The notes under the pieces were generated by a model. It did no database searches. It was given only the letters and a program-made list of their open reading frames with translations, and had not been told where the DNA came from. The translations under genes and the position numbers were made by a program. Below, in pieces: positions 44,158 to 54,628 of a stretch of DNA of 64,000 bases (its first letter is position 1; each line of letters starts with the position of its first letter). Source of the DNA: Candidatus Omnitrophota bacterium (lineage in GTDB: Bacteria > Omnitrophota > Gorgyraeia > Zapsychrales > Fredricksoniimonadaceae); contig JAGWKL010000002.1 in the NCBI GenBank assembly GCA_028865345.1, forward strand, positions 665 to 64,664, read 5' to 3'.

Positions 44158-45480
44158 ATGAAAACGTTCAAACCTTTTCCCTTACCTCTCCATGTGTCGG
44201 GCGTTTTCCTTTTCTCATTGATCTACTGGATTTTTCTGTCTCTGAAAAGTATTTCTGCCGACCTCATTGGTTATAAAACCTTGGGGTCTATCATTTACCA
44301 CCAAGGGTTGGTCGGATACGCAGCCACCGGGCTGCAACGTGAACCTCTCTATCCCCTGTTATGTTCCTTGGCCATGTATGTAGAACACTTAAGCGGTGTT
44401 AATTTCACTCATATCATGGCAGCTTTAAGCATCATCATGTTGATGATCTCTCAAATTCTAATATATGCCATTTTAAGAAAACTGAACATCCGCCCTTTGA
44501 TCTGTTCTTTAGTGCTGCTTTATTGGGCCGTATCGCCATGCATCACAGAATCCGCCTTTCACATATTATTATTTTGCGAAATCGTTACCTATCCCCTCAT
44601 TCTTGCCGTAATTATTTTCTCTTACCTCGGATGGGAATCTGTAAAAGAAAACGACAAAGGGGAGGCCTGCGCCTATGGAGCCCTTACAGGCCTTTTATTT
44701 GCATTGCTGACCCTCGTGAAAGCCGCATTTGAATGTATTTGCCCTGCCTATCTTATATTCTTTTTCCTGGGAGCCTTGCATAAAAATAAATTTTCCGCTT
44801 CTCTGATCTGTTTTCTGGCTGCTGCAGGCTTATTATTTTATTCTCCTATCGTTGGCTACAAATCTTTAAATAAAATGTATAATGGGCATTTTGCCGTTAC
44901 TAACAGGGGCGACTGGGCCTTTTATGGAGTTGCGGCCCACCGTGTAAGACCTCTCAAGAACTACCTCATCAATCTTGATTTCGTAATAGGCAACTGCGAG
45001 GCCTTTTTTCAATCATCAGCATGCAACTCTGTAAGTTCCGGTATTTCGGATAGTTTAGGGACACAAAAGGCGGCAGAATTGGCCGCCAAGCACATCCCGC
45101 CGCAAGCCGTCTCAAATACCCTTCTGCAGTTGTCCATCCAGAAAATCCTGTCCCATCCGTTTCAATATATTTTGTTATCAGCAACCGAAGGACTCAAAGC
45201 ATTATTTTGGGAAAACAACGCCGGTATCATTCCACTGCGGTTCATTATGCCTATCATTACATTCTTTGCGATCATTTATTGCTGTTTCAACTTTGCCCAA
45301 GCCCCCATTTTGATAAAAAACATTATGGCTATGATTTTCTTATTTGTTTTCTTTTATTCATTTTTTGACACTTTGGGCCGCTATTTTCTTCCGATTTCTT
45401 CCCTATACCTTATCAGCATCGGTTACTGCATGAATTCATTATGCAACTTTCTATCCCCTTCTAAAAACACTATAGTTTAA
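44158..45480 (+). CDS. Polytopic GT-C-type glycosyltransferase-like membrane protein (ArnT/PMT_2-like).
   Basis: About 12 TM helices. The N-terminal loop carries an REPLYPLL motif resembling the EKPPL signature of ArnT/PMT-family lipid-linked sugar transferases. Confidence 0.45.
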   Translation: MKTFKPFPLPLHVSGVFLFSLIYWIFLSLKSISADLIGYKTLGSIIYHQGLVGYAATGLQREPLYPLLCSLAMYVEHLSGVNFTHIMAALSIIMLMISQILIYAILRKLNIRPLICSLVLLYWAVSPCITESAFHILLFCEIVTYPLILAVIIFSYLGWESVKENDKGEACAYGALTGLLFALLTLVKAAFECICPAYLIFFFLGALHKNKFSASLICFLAAAGLLFYSPIVGYKSLNKMYNGHFAVTNRGDWAFYGVAAHRVRPLKNYLINLDFVIGNCEAFFQSSACNSVSSGISDSLGTQKAAELAAKHIPPQAVSNTLLQLSIQKILSHPFQYILLSATEGLKALFWENNAGIIPLRFIMPIITFFAIIYCCFNFAQAPILIKNIMAMIFLFVFFYSFFDTLGRYFLPISSLYLISIGYCMNSLCNFLSPSKNTIV

Positions 45481-45508
45481 TATATTTATAGGATTCTGCA
45501 CTCTATAT

Positions 45509-46144
45509 TTAGAACCTGCTTAAGGGGATCAAATCCGCAAAGTAAATGCAACGGGCGATGTCCGTGAGTTTCAATAATTGGGCAAGCCGGGCCAGGCCCA
45601 CTCCCTGGGACAATAATCGCCGGGCTAACACATAACGGGGCGTTTCTTTCGGCGGACGCGACGGAGGCCAGGGCAATAAACGCAGATGCAAACAGGGATT
45701 GTCATTGATAAAACCCAATGTAATGCCGAATTCCAGGACATCTCTTATCAAAAGCAGTGTCAGATTAAGGACCCTTGGGCGTAGTGCTCCGGCCAAACAA
45801 CGCTTGTATGATTCCAAAATGCCGGGTGATATTTGGGCCAGCCGGACGACCTGAGGGAAATCTGATTTAAGAAAACCGCTGAAATGTTCGATGGCGGCGG
45901 CGAAACGTCCGACCGTTCTGGAACTCTGCTGTTTCTGTATCTCGTCGATAAAACGCCCGAAAAAATCCGCCAGGTCGATATGACGGTCGATCGTCAGGGC
46001 CTCGCCGTGGGCGATTTTCTCTTCAACCTGGAATAATAGCCTTTGGGCTTGCTCCAAATCACCGCCGGCCATTTGGGAATAAAGCAGGCCACGGGCATGG
46101 AACTCGATATAGTAAACACCGTTGACCTTACGGATTTGACCCAT
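45509..46144 (-). CDS. Truncated tyrosine integrase: N-terminal arm-binding and core-binding (SAM-like) domains only, no catalytic domain.
   Basis: MGQIRKVNGVYYIEF is an arm-type DNA-binding N-terminus. It is followed by a core-binding-like helical domain. The ORF ends about 60 aa later, before the R-K-H-R-H-Y catalytic residues would appear. Confidence 0.45.
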   Translation of the reverse strand: MGQIRKVNGVYYIEFHARGLLYSQMAGGDLEQAQRLLFQVEEKIAHGEALTIDRHIDLADFFGRFIDEIQKQQSSRTVGRFAAAIEHFSGFLKSDFPQVVRLAQISPGILESYKRCLAGALRPRVLNLTLLLIRDVLEFGITLGFINDNPCLHLRLLPWPPSRPPKETPRYVLARRLLSQGVGLARLAQLLKLTDIARCIYFADLIPLSRF

Positions 46145-46446
46145 TAAGAAGTGAAGAAGATGATGTATAGAAGAGCGCCTATAACGGCAAAAGACAATAA
46201 ATAAAAATCGTTGAAATAAAAAAAGTCGCGCACGCGTTCGCCGAAACTGTATTCCGGAAGAGTATTCTCGGAAACGACCTGCCCCGTCGAACGGATATTG
46301 AGGACTTCATTGCGTTTAAGGCGCAGAAATTGATCGGCGATCTTGTAGGCCTGCAAACTGCCGCTTTCGATCAAATCCATGACCTTTTTTTCCGATACGG
46401 CCAGGATCTGCGCCGTCTCACGGACAGTAATGTATTGGCTGCTCAT
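46144..46446 (-). CDS. HTH_17 (excisionase/MerR-like) DNA-binding protein with a C-terminal TM helix.
   Basis: ITVRETAQILAVSEKKVMDLIESGSLQAYKI is an HTH_17 signature. The C-terminal FYLLSFAVIGALLYIIFF is a TM segment. Confidence 0.5.
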   Translation of the reverse strand: MSSQYITVRETAQILAVSEKKVMDLIESGSLQAYKIADQFLRLKRNEVLNIRSTGQVVSENTLPEYSFGERVRDFFYFNDFYLLSFAVIGALLYIIFFTS

Positions 46447-46961
46447 GATTTAACCCTGCTGACCAAGGCCCATTGTTCGATTTGGGAGCGCTCGAATTTC
46501 CAGCCGTCCCCTTCTTTGATCGCAGGGATCTTGCCGGTGGTGGCCAGTTCCACAATGGCCGGAATCTCAATTTCCAGATATTGTGCCAGGTCATCGATGC
46601 TCAAAATATCCTCCAGCATGTGGCAATGTCCCTGGAAAATAGCCCCTTCGACGATGTTCAATTTAGGCGTTGAAATATCCCCGTGCACAACAGCCGAGGG
46701 CATAAGAACAAGCATCTTTTTGGCGACAATATTGCCCTTGATCTTTCCGGCAACGATGACATTTTCGCCGATGATGTTGGCTTCCACCTGAGAGGTCGGC
46801 CCGATGGTCAGGGTGCCGCGGGCATCCAGCTTGCCCGTGTAGCGGCCCTGGATCTTTAAATTCACGGGGTCGCTGAAAGTCAAGGTCCCTTCCATTTGGG
46901 CATTGATCTCAATGACTTTTTCTTCAGCGGCGTCTTTATGCTCTTTGCGGTTAAAGGCCAT
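46443..46961 (-). CDS. Bactofilin (DUF583) fused to a C-terminal HTH_17-like DNA-binding domain.
   Basis: The bactofilin beta-helical repeat region (GTLTIGPTSQVEANIIGENVIVAGKIKGNIVAKKMLVLMPSAVVHGDISTPKLNIVEGAIFQG) is followed by LSIDDLAQYLEIEIPAIVELATTGKIPAIKEGDGWKF, which is excisionase-type HTH-like. Its stop overlaps the next start by 4 nt. Confidence 0.65.
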   Translation of the reverse strand: MAFNRKEHKDAAEEKVIEINAQMEGTLTFSDPVNLKIQGRYTGKLDARGTLTIGPTSQVEANIIGENVIVAGKIKGNIVAKKMLVLMPSAVVHGDISTPKLNIVEGAIFQGHCHMLEDILSIDDLAQYLEIEIPAIVELATTGKIPAIKEGDGWKFERSQIEQWALVSRVKS

Positions 46962-47048
46962 AGAAGGCTCCTCCTTGTAAAATTAAAAATAGATACTATT
47001 GATTCACATTAATTATATCAAAACTTATCCTGGGGCAAAAAATAAAAC

Positions 47049-48071
47049 TTAATTGTTATTATGCCAGTGGTACGCCAATCCGGCGATCATAGCCGCGTTA
47101 TCCAGGCACAACACCATGGGCGGGAAAAACACATCCACCCCCTGGACACCGGCGCGGGCCTGCACAAGGCGCCTTAAGGCGGAATTGGCCGCCACCCCGC
47201 CGCCGACCAAAAGAGTATTGACCTTGAACTTACGGCAGGCCTGCAGGGATTTTTCCGCTAAAACAGCTACTACGCTTTCCTGAAAGGCATGTGCCACCTG
47301 GGCGGCGGAATAATCCGGCTTGAGACCATTTCTCTGGACATAATAAAGCACCGCCGTCTTGGTGCCGCTGAAAGAAAAATCCCAGCCTCCTTTCATGGGC
47401 GCTGGGGGAAACTTGATCCCTGAAGAGGCCGCCTCCCTTGAATTACAGGGAACCGCCCCCTTTACGCCGGCCGCCAAACGGTCGATCGCAGGGCCGCCGG
47501 GATAACCCAAACCCAGAATACGCGCCACCTTATCAAAGGCTTCCCCGGCCGCATCATCGCGGGTTGTGCCCAGCAACTTAAACTTCCTGAAATTCTCGAT
47601 ATAAAAAAGGCTGGTATGCCCGCCGGAAACAACCAGTCCCACGGCCGGCAGACGGTTTTGAGGGCAAGCCGCCTTTTCACCGGAAAGCTGCACATAATTC
47701 GCATATAGATGGGCCTTGATGTGGTCGATCTCCACAAGAGGTTTGTTTAAAGCATGGCTTAAACCCCTGGCGAAACAAAGACCAACCAAAAGAGAACCAA
47801 TGAGCCCCGGAGCGCGGGTGACGGCAATGGCATCAATATCTTCAAACGTCATCCGGGCGCTCTTCAAACTCTCAGCCACGACCCCGTCAATAAATTCGAT
47901 CTGGCGGCGGGAGGCGATTTCCGGGATGATGCCGCCGTAAGCTTCATGCTCCTTAAGGCTGGTGGCCACGACGTTGGAATGCACCCGTACACCGTCCTGC
48001 ACGACAGCCGCCGCCGTCTCATCACAGGAAGTTTCAATACCTAAAATAGTCAACGGGATAGACGTCTTCAT
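47049..48071 (-). CDS. tsaD: tRNA N6-adenosine threonylcarbamoyltransferase.
   Basis: The N-terminus ILGIETSCDETAAAVV and the Kae1/TsaD metal-binding His pair are present. Confidence 0.9.
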   Translation of the reverse strand: MKTSIPLTILGIETSCDETAAAVVQDGVRVHSNVVATSLKEHEAYGGIIPEIASRRQIEFIDGVVAESLKSARMTFEDIDAIAVTRAPGLIGSLLVGLCFARGLSHALNKPLVEIDHIKAHLYANYVQLSGEKAACPQNRLPAVGLVVSGGHTSLFYIENFRKFKLLGTTRDDAAGEAFDKVARILGLGYPGGPAIDRLAAGVKGAVPCNSREAASSGIKFPPAPMKGGWDFSFSGTKTAVLYYVQRNGLKPDYSAAQVAHAFQESVVAVLAEKSLQACRKFKVNTLLVGGGVAANSALRRLVQARAGVQGVDVFFPPMVLCLDNAAMIAGLAYHWHNNN

Positions 48072-48928
48072 CGGCCTTTAAGCAGATCTTTGATGCTGAC
48101 GATCGCAAACCCCTGCTTTTCAAGCCAGGGGATCTCATCTTTAAGGACCTGCATGGTCAAGCGCCGGTCATGGCCGATGGCCACGGCATACCCCCTGCGG
48201 CGCGCTATGTGGGCAAGGACGACAAGCTGCTTGTCGATGGCAGGCCTGGTATTGACATTGTCCAGAAACACGTCCCTTCTGGCGAACCTCAAACCCATTT
48301 CATCGGCCATGCGCCCGGCGACCGAATGGCGCGATGTCATGCTGTCGACAAAGAACAATTCTCTTTTCCTTAATATCCTCAGAATGATCCTCATGAGGGG
48401 CCCGTCGGCGGTGGCTTTGGATCCCATATGATTATTGACGCCTTCGACCGAAGGCAGCTGGGCCAGGTCATTGTTGACAATCGCGGTAACCAGGCCCGGC
48501 GACATGGTTGTCTTGATGATATAATTTTTCGGATAATAAAAATCATAATTTTGCATGGCTTCCATGGGCAAATGGAGCATGGTCAGTTTGCCGGCACGGC
48601 GGGCACAAGCGGCCGCATCCTGCGTATGCCGCAAACCAGGCAGAATGGACACGGCCAGCGGTTCGGGTATTTCAGCCAAATATTTGCAATCGATCGTTGA
48701 GTATCCCCAATCATCGAGGATAAAGGCGATCTTTGGTCTTAAAGACGCTTTTACAGCGGAGACGGGAATCTTAGGCGCCTTATTAAGATGCTGAGCACTC
48801 AGGCGATGCCCCTCATGCACCTTTGAAAAAATAAAAAGAAGTATAACAACGGCCACGAACAAGCCCGTCACAATAGCGGCAACCCTCGAATCATTGTCGG
48901 GCGGAAGGGTCAGTTTTCTTTTAATCAT
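48068..48928 (-). CDS. Divergent polysaccharide deacetylase family protein (YibQ-like).
   Basis: A signal/TM N-terminus precedes the IAFILDDWGYS motif characteristic of the YibQ family. Confidence 0.55.
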   Translation of the reverse strand: MIKRKLTLPPDNDSRVAAIVTGLFVAVVILLFIFSKVHEGHRLSAQHLNKAPKIPVSAVKASLRPKIAFILDDWGYSTIDCKYLAEIPEPLAVSILPGLRHTQDAAACARRAGKLTMLHLPMEAMQNYDFYYPKNYIIKTTMSPGLVTAIVNNDLAQLPSVEGVNNHMGSKATADGPLMRIILRILRKRELFFVDSMTSRHSVAGRMADEMGLRFARRDVFLDNVNTRPAIDKQLVVLAHIARRRGYAVAIGHDRRLTMQVLKDEIPWLEKQGFAIVSIKDLLKGR

Positions 48929-48943
48929 ATTGAATGGGAGAGA

Positions 48944-50269
48944 TTATTTTTGGAACTTACGGTAAATTTTGATGCCTTTAATGACATTGACCGCACTTTG
49001 CAACTGGACGTCTTCCAGGTCTTTTTTCCTTTGCTCGGCCTGGACCTTCTCTTCGGGCGTCAAAGTTTTATTTTCTTTCTCTCTATGTTCAAGATCGGCA
49101 AACATGGCATCGACATCCTCTGGGGTAATTTCTTTGGCGGCCGGGTTGTGCAGACCCTCTTCTTGGGGCAGCTTCTCGGCAATGACCACATCAGGGGTGA
49201 TCCCGATGCCGTCGATGCACACGCCGGAAGGGGTATAATATTTGGCCGTCGTCAAACGCAACGCCGAGCCGTCGGGCATGGGGATGACCGACTGCACCGA
49301 GCCCTTGCCGAAAGATTTTTCACCCACCAATACCGCCCTATTATTGTCCCGAAGGGCGCCGGCGACAATTTCACTGCCTGAAGCGGAGCCTTCGTTGATC
49401 AAAACCGCCATCGGCCAATCCAGAAAATCCCCGTGGGCATTTTCAGACTTGACGCTCATATCATCGGACGGATGCCGGCCTTTGGTGGTAACAATGGTCT
49501 CTCCCGCCGGCAGGAAATCCTGGGCGACCTTGACGGCCACGTTCAATAACCCGCCGGGATTGTTGCGTAAATCCAGGACCAAGCTGTCGGCCCCCTGGGC
49601 TTTTAATTTCTCCAGGGCCTGGTGCAGCTCATTATAAGAATTTTCCCGGAACTCCGTCAGGCGCACATAACCGATATGGTCCTCCAGCAGATGAGGGTCC
49701 TTGACATCGTCCACATGAATGATCCGCCGCGTAATTGTAAAATCCTTGATCTGATTCCCTTTTTCACGGAAGATCGTAAGGACCACCTTGGTGCCCGGAC
49801 GCCCCCGCAACTTTTTGACCGCGTCATCCAGTGTCATGTCCTGGGTGACCTTGTTGCCGATCTTAAGGATCCTGTCGCCGGCTTTGATTCCCGCTTTCCA
49901 GGCCGGCGTGTCTTCCACAGGGGCAATGACGGTCAATAAGCCGTCCTTGAGGGAGATCTCCACCCCCAAACCGCCGAACTTGCCCTCCGTTTCGGTTTTC
50001 AAATCTTTATACTCGTCAGGATCCATGAACTGGCTGTGCGGATCGAGCGATGAAAGCATGCCGCTAAGCGCCCCGTAGATCAATTCCTTCGGGGTCTTTG
50101 CGTCCACGTATTGGGATTCAACCACCGTGAACACATAACTGAAAAGCTCGACCTCGTCATACAGGCTTTTCCTGCTTTGGGCCTCGACGGGCGTCACTCC
50201 GGCGCCAAAGAAACCCAGCGAAGCAATAAAAACAACAATCCATAGAAACTTTCTTTTAGACACCGGCAA
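48944..50269 (-). CDS. ctpA: Carboxyl-terminal processing protease (S41 family) with a PDZ domain.
   Basis: There is a signal peptide, a PDZ domain (GIKAGDRILKIGNKV) and the S41 catalytic region (LINEGSASGSEIVAGAL). Confidence 0.85.
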   Translation of the reverse strand: MPVSKRKFLWIVVFIASLGFFGAGVTPVEAQSRKSLYDEVELFSYVFTVVESQYVDAKTPKELIYGALSGMLSSLDPHSQFMDPDEYKDLKTETEGKFGGLGVEISLKDGLLTVIAPVEDTPAWKAGIKAGDRILKIGNKVTQDMTLDDAVKKLRGRPGTKVVLTIFREKGNQIKDFTITRRIIHVDDVKDPHLLEDHIGYVRLTEFRENSYNELHQALEKLKAQGADSLVLDLRNNPGGLLNVAVKVAQDFLPAGETIVTTKGRHPSDDMSVKSENAHGDFLDWPMAVLINEGSASGSEIVAGALRDNNRAVLVGEKSFGKGSVQSVIPMPDGSALRLTTAKYYTPSGVCIDGIGITPDVVIAEKLPQEEGLHNPAAKEITPEDVDAMFADLEHREKENKTLTPEEKVQAEQRKKDLEDVQLQSAVNVIKGIKIYRKFQK

Positions 50270-51716
50270 TTCTCCGTGTTATCAGTTCATTCAATTTCTT
50301 GGGATTGGCGCGGCCGCCTGATTTTTTCATGGCCTGCCCCACCAGGAATCCGGCGGCATTGGACTTTCCGGACTTGATTTGTTCCACAACGGCGGGATTT
50401 TGCGCAATCACTTCATCGATAATGACAAGAAGGGCTGAATCATCCGAAACCTGGGACAGGCCCTTTTCCTTAATGACCTCATCTGCATTTTTACCTTCAT
50501 TCAACATAAAAGTCAATACTTCTTTACCGACCAGATTGCTGACAATGCCCTCCTCAACTTTCTTGATGAGTCCGATCAGGGAGGCGGGAGATATTTTCAA
50601 CTCATATATGGACATTTTCCGGTCATTAAGTTCCATCAACACAGGACCGGCCATCCAATTGGCGACCTTTTTGGGGGACGGGTACTCCTTGACCGCAGCC
50701 TCGAAAAAATCAGCCGTCCCCCTGTCGGCAACCAGAATATTGGCATCATACTCGGAAAGGCTGTATTGGCTTAAAAAGCGGATATGTTTTGCCTGCGGCA
50801 GTTCAGGCAATTCGGCGCGCACGCTGTCGATCAGTTTATGGTCAACCGTAAACGGCACCAGATCAGGGTCCGGGAAATAACGGTAATCGTGGGCCTCTTC
50901 TTTGGAACGCATGGTCTGGGTCTGCGCTTTGGCGTCGTCCCATAGCAAGGTCTCCTGCACAATCTTGCCCCCTGCAGTGATCACCTGTTCGTGGCGGCGG
51001 ATCTCATATTCCAGCGCCGCCTTCACCGCGCGGAAAGAGTTCATGTTTTTCAATTCAGTCTTGGTGCCCAGCAAGGTCTGCCCAACAGGGCGTATGGATA
51101 CGTTGGCATCGCAACGCAAGCTGCCTTTTTCCATGTCGCAATCCGAGACATCCAAATACTGGAGGGTCAATTTCAGGATGTTGAGATAATCATAGGCCTC
51201 CTGGGGCGAATGCAGGTCCGGTTCGGTCACGATCTCGATAAGCGGCGTGCCGGTGCGGTTGAAGTCGACAAGGGAGCAGGACCCGGAATTATCGTGGACC
51301 AATTTCCCGGCGTCCTCCTCGAGATGGGCCCGTTTAATACGTACGCGTTTTTCCTGATCGCCGATTTTAATATTTAAAAACCCATCTTTAGCAACGGGAA
51401 AATCATACTGGGAAATTTGGTAGCCTTTGGGCAGGTCGGGATAATAATAATTCTTACGGTCGAATTTGATGAAAGGATTAATTTGGGCATTCAGCCCCAA
51501 GCCCACCTTGATGGCAGACAAAAGCGCCTGCTGGTTCAATACCGGCAAAGATCCCGGAAGCCCGAGGCACACCGGACAGACATTGGTATTGGACGCACAG
51601 CCGTACTGGTTGGCGCAAGAACAGAATATCTTGGTCCTTGTGTTCAACTGCAAATGGACTTCCAGCCCTATGACGGGTTCAAATGAACTCATAAATTCGG
51701 TTTTCTGGTGTGCCAT
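50256..51716 (-). CDS. gatB: Asp/Glu-tRNA amidotransferase subunit B.
   Basis: The N-terminus [20 protein letters not shown] and the GatB/YqeY C-terminus are present. Confidence 0.9.
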   Translation of the reverse strand: MAHQKTEFMSSFEPVIGLEVHLQLNTRTKIFCSCANQYGCASNTNVCPVCLGLPGSLPVLNQQALLSAIKVGLGLNAQINPFIKFDRKNYYYPDLPKGYQISQYDFPVAKDGFLNIKIGDQEKRVRIKRAHLEEDAGKLVHDNSGSCSLVDFNRTGTPLIEIVTEPDLHSPQEAYDYLNILKLTLQYLDVSDCDMEKGSLRCDANVSIRPVGQTLLGTKTELKNMNSFRAVKAALEYEIRRHEQVITAGGKIVQETLLWDDAKAQTQTMRSKEEAHDYRYFPDPDLVPFTVDHKLIDSVRAELPELPQAKHIRFLSQYSLSEYDANILVADRGTADFFEAAVKEYPSPKKVANWMAGPVLMELNDRKMSIYELKISPASLIGLIKKVEEGIVSNLVGKEVLTFMLNEGKNADEVIKEKGLSQVSDDSALLVIIDEVIAQNPAVVEQIKSGKSNAAGFLVGQAMKKSGGRANPKKLNELITRRIAGV

Positions 51717-53116
51717 TCGGTGTTTTGTTCATAGGTGTAGGAAACCCTTAGAAGCATCTCTTCATCAAAGGCTTTGCCCATCAATTGCATGCCGATGGGA
51801 AGACCGCCTTTGGAAAACCCGCAAGGGACTGAGATGGCCGGAATGCCGGCCAGATTGGCCGGGATCGTGTAGATGTCAGAGAGATACATACTCAAAGGAT
51901 CGCTCATTTTCTCGCCGACTTTAAAAGCGACCGTCGGAGAAGTCGGGGTCAGGACCACATCACATACCTTGAAGGCCTCATCCAGGTCATTTTTGATCAA
52001 GGTCCTTACTTTTTGGCCCCGCAAATAATAGGCATCATAATAGCCGGACGACAACGCGTAGGTGCCAAGCATGATGCGCCGCTTGGCTTCAGCGCCAAAA
52101 CCTTTGGAACGGGTCTCTTCGTACATATCAACCAGGGCGTTCTTGCGGGCACGGGCAGGCTGGACGCGCAAACCATAACGTACTCCGTCAAAACGTGCCA
52201 AATTGGAACTGGCCTCGGCCGTGGCCACGATATAATAGGTGGCAACGGCATAAGGCGTATGCGGCAAATGCACTTGCGTGACAACCGCGCCCAATTTTTT
52301 AAGAAGATCTATGGCCGCTTCCAGTGAAACCCGGACTTGAGCGTCGAGACCTTCGGCGAACGCTTCTTTGGGTACTCCTATCTTGAGGCCGCGCACATCA
52401 TTGACCAGGGCCTTGGTGTAATCAGGCACAGGTTCATTAACACAGGTGGAATCCCGCTCATCATACCCTGCGATAATATTCAAAAGCAAAGCGCAGTCCC
52501 GCACGTCCTTGGTCAAAGGCCCGATCTGATCCAGGCTCGAGGCAAAGGCGATCAAGCCGTAGCGTGACACGCGGCCATAGGTTGGTTTCAACCCCACGAT
52601 GCCGCAGAAAGATGCCGGCTGACGGATAGATCCGCCGGTATCCGAACCCAGGGCCCAGACCGCCTCATCCGCAGCCACGGCAGCCGCGGACCCGCCGCTA
52701 GAGCCGCCGGGCACGCATTGCAGATCCCACGGATTAAAGGTGGGGCCATAGCAGGACGTTTCACACGAGGAGCCGAAGGCGAACTCATCCTGGTTGGCAA
52801 ACCCCAAAACAGCCCCTCCGCTTTTCTTTACTTTTTCAACAACGCCGGCGTCATAGGGCGAAATGAATCCTTTTAAAATTCGTGAAGCACATGTGATCTC
52901 TTCCTGCTTGGTGCATAAATTGTCTTTGAGCGCGATGGGTATTTGAAACCCACCCTTGAAATCCGGCTGGTTTTTTGCAGGACGCACGTAGGCTTTCACC
53001 TTGGGGTCAACAGCTTTGATGCGGCGCAAGACATCTTCATAAGCTTCCTTAGGAGAAGCTTTGCCGGATTTAAATACATCCAATAAATCATGGGCAGTCA
53101 ATTGGGGAAGATTCAT
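51689..53116 (-). CDS. gatA: Asp/Glu-tRNA amidotransferase subunit A (amidase signature family).
   Basis: The amidase signature [13 protein letters not shown] and the Ser-cisSer-Lys triad context are present. Confidence 0.9.
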   Translation of the reverse strand: MNLPQLTAHDLLDVFKSGKASPKEAYEDVLRRIKAVDPKVKAYVRPAKNQPDFKGGFQIPIALKDNLCTKQEEITCASRILKGFISPYDAGVVEKVKKSGGAVLGFANQDEFAFGSSCETSCYGPTFNPWDLQCVPGGSSGGSAAAVAADEAVWALGSDTGGSIRQPASFCGIVGLKPTYGRVSRYGLIAFASSLDQIGPLTKDVRDCALLLNIIAGYDERDSTCVNEPVPDYTKALVNDVRGLKIGVPKEAFAEGLDAQVRVSLEAAIDLLKKLGAVVTQVHLPHTPYAVATYYIVATAEASSNLARFDGVRYGLRVQPARARKNALVDMYEETRSKGFGAEAKRRIMLGTYALSSGYYDAYYLRGQKVRTLIKNDLDEAFKVCDVVLTPTSPTVAFKVGEKMSDPLSMYLSDIYTIPANLAGIPAISVPCGFSKGGLPIGMQLMGKAFDEEMLLRVSYTYEQNTEWHTRKPNL

Positions 53117-53400
53117 TCAATAACTAATGGCACTTTAAAGCAGCCGTCTTTGGCCTCAACGGCGATGGACAGGGCTTGCTGTTGAGTTAAAGATTTGAGA
53201 GTTTCGTCCGAACGAAGAACATTCCCCATAGGGACGGCATGGCTGGTCGGCTTGACATTGTCCAGGTCAAGCTTCTGCAATTGTTCAACATAATGGACGA
53301 TCTTGGCCAAGGTCTGGGTAAAGCCTTCCAATTCCCCATCGGACAGATCGATCCGCGCTAAAGCAGCGACATATTTGACGTCCTGTTTGGAAATAGACAT
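53113..53400 (-). CDS. gatC: Asp/Glu-tRNA amidotransferase subunit C.
   Basis: I trimmed the start to [24 protein letters not shown] is a GatC signature. Confidence 0.8.
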   Translation of the reverse strand: MSISKQDVKYVAALARIDLSDGELEGFTQTLAKIVHYVEQLQKLDLDNVKPTSHAVPMGNVLRSDETLKSLTQQQALSIAVEAKDGCFKVPLVIE

Positions 53401-53450
53401 AGGCAAAATACTACCATTAAGGCCGGGTAAAAACAAGGGTTAGTTAGAAA

Positions 53451-53834
53451 TCAGGAGGCCAATTTTTCCCTTAAATCATCAGGGATGGCGGTGGGCTTGA
53501 ACTCTTTGTTCAGGCAAACCAAAGAGACTTCGGCCTCGACGATCAAGCGGCCGTCTTTTTTATCGTGGATGGTCTGGTCGAAAATCAGCTGGGAGGCGCC
53601 CAACTTCTTTAATTTGGCGTCACACATGACGGTATCGCCGTAACGTGCCGGTGAACGGTAGCTGACATTGCATTGCCTGACGACATAAACAAAACCGCGC
53701 TCGCGGAAAAGTTCGACGCTCAAATCCCTCTGTTCCAGAAATTCCGTGCGCGCCTCTTCAAGGTAGCACAAATACTGCCCGTAATAGACGATGCCGCCGG
53801 CATCGGTGTCGTGATAGAAAATGCGTTTTTCCAT
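53451..53834 (-). CDS. YbgC-like hotdog acyl-CoA thioesterase.
   Basis: The YHDTDAGGIVYYGQY motif of the 4HBT/YbgC family is present. Confidence 0.7.
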   Translation of the reverse strand: MEKRIFYHDTDAGGIVYYGQYLCYLEEARTEFLEQRDLSVELFRERGFVYVVRQCNVSYRSPARYGDTVMCDAKLKKLGASQLIFDQTIHDKKDGRLIVEAEVSLVCLNKEFKPTAIPDDLREKLAS

Positions 53835-53845
53835 AAGACGAGAAA

Positions 53846-54628
53846 TTATAACATAAGCCGCCGGGAAAGCCCGATGTAATTTGACAAAGTTAACCCTTCC
53901 GGCCGGGCGTCCGCCTTAATGCCCAAGTCCGCCAACGCCCGTTCCAATTTTTCTTTACCCAGCATGCTTTTAAGGGCATTGACGATGGTCTTGCGCCGTT
54001 GCTGAAAAGCTGTTTGGATCACTTTGAATAAAAATTGCTCAATATCACCCGTTTCTTCATCAGGGCCGCGCATGATCAATCGCACAAAGCCAGAATCGAC
54101 CTTGGGGACGGGCCGAAAGCAGGTGTTCTTGATCTTAAAAAGCATTTTGGGCCCGGTGTAATATTGGACAAAACAGCTTAAAGACCCGTAATCCTTGCCA
54201 CCGGCTGCCGCAACCAGGCGCCTGCCGAACTCAAGCTGCACGGTCAGGAAGGCTTCTGAAATCTTCTTCCTGTTCTCAATTAATTTCTCGATGATCGGCG
54301 TGGAAATATAATAAGGGATATTACCGATGACCTTAATCCCGTCGGGAAGATGCCCCATGTCCATTTTAAGAAAATCGGCATGGACGATCTCGACGGGCGC
54401 GGGGAAACCGGAACGCAAAGCCCCGATCAAATCACGGTCGGCCTCCACACAAATGAGCTTTTTGACTTGCGGACCTATTAAACGCGTCAAGGCCCCCTGC
54501 CCGGGACCTATTTCCACCACCACATCGTCATGTTTAAAATCACAAGCTTGGATGATTTTCTGCTGAATCCGTCCGTCGACAAGAAAATTCTGCCCTAAAT
54601 ATTTTTTGGGTCGGTGAGGGGGCTTCAT
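53846..54628 (-). CDS. rsmA: 16S rRNA (adenine1518/1519-N6)-dimethyltransferase.
   Basis: The N-terminus KKYLGQNFLVD and the SAM-binding motif VVEIGPGQGALT are present. Confidence 0.9.
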   Translation of the reverse strand: MKPPHRPKKYLGQNFLVDGRIQQKIIQACDFKHDDVVVEIGPGQGALTRLIGPQVKKLICVEADRDLIGALRSGFPAPVEIVHADFLKMDMGHLPDGIKVIGNIPYYISTPIIEKLIENRKKISEAFLTVQLEFGRRLVAAAGGKDYGSLSCFVQYYTGPKMLFKIKNTCFRPVPKVDSGFVRLIMRGPDEETGDIEQFLFKVIQTAFQQRRKTIVNALKSMLGKEKLERALADLGIKADARPEGLTLSNYIGLSRRLML

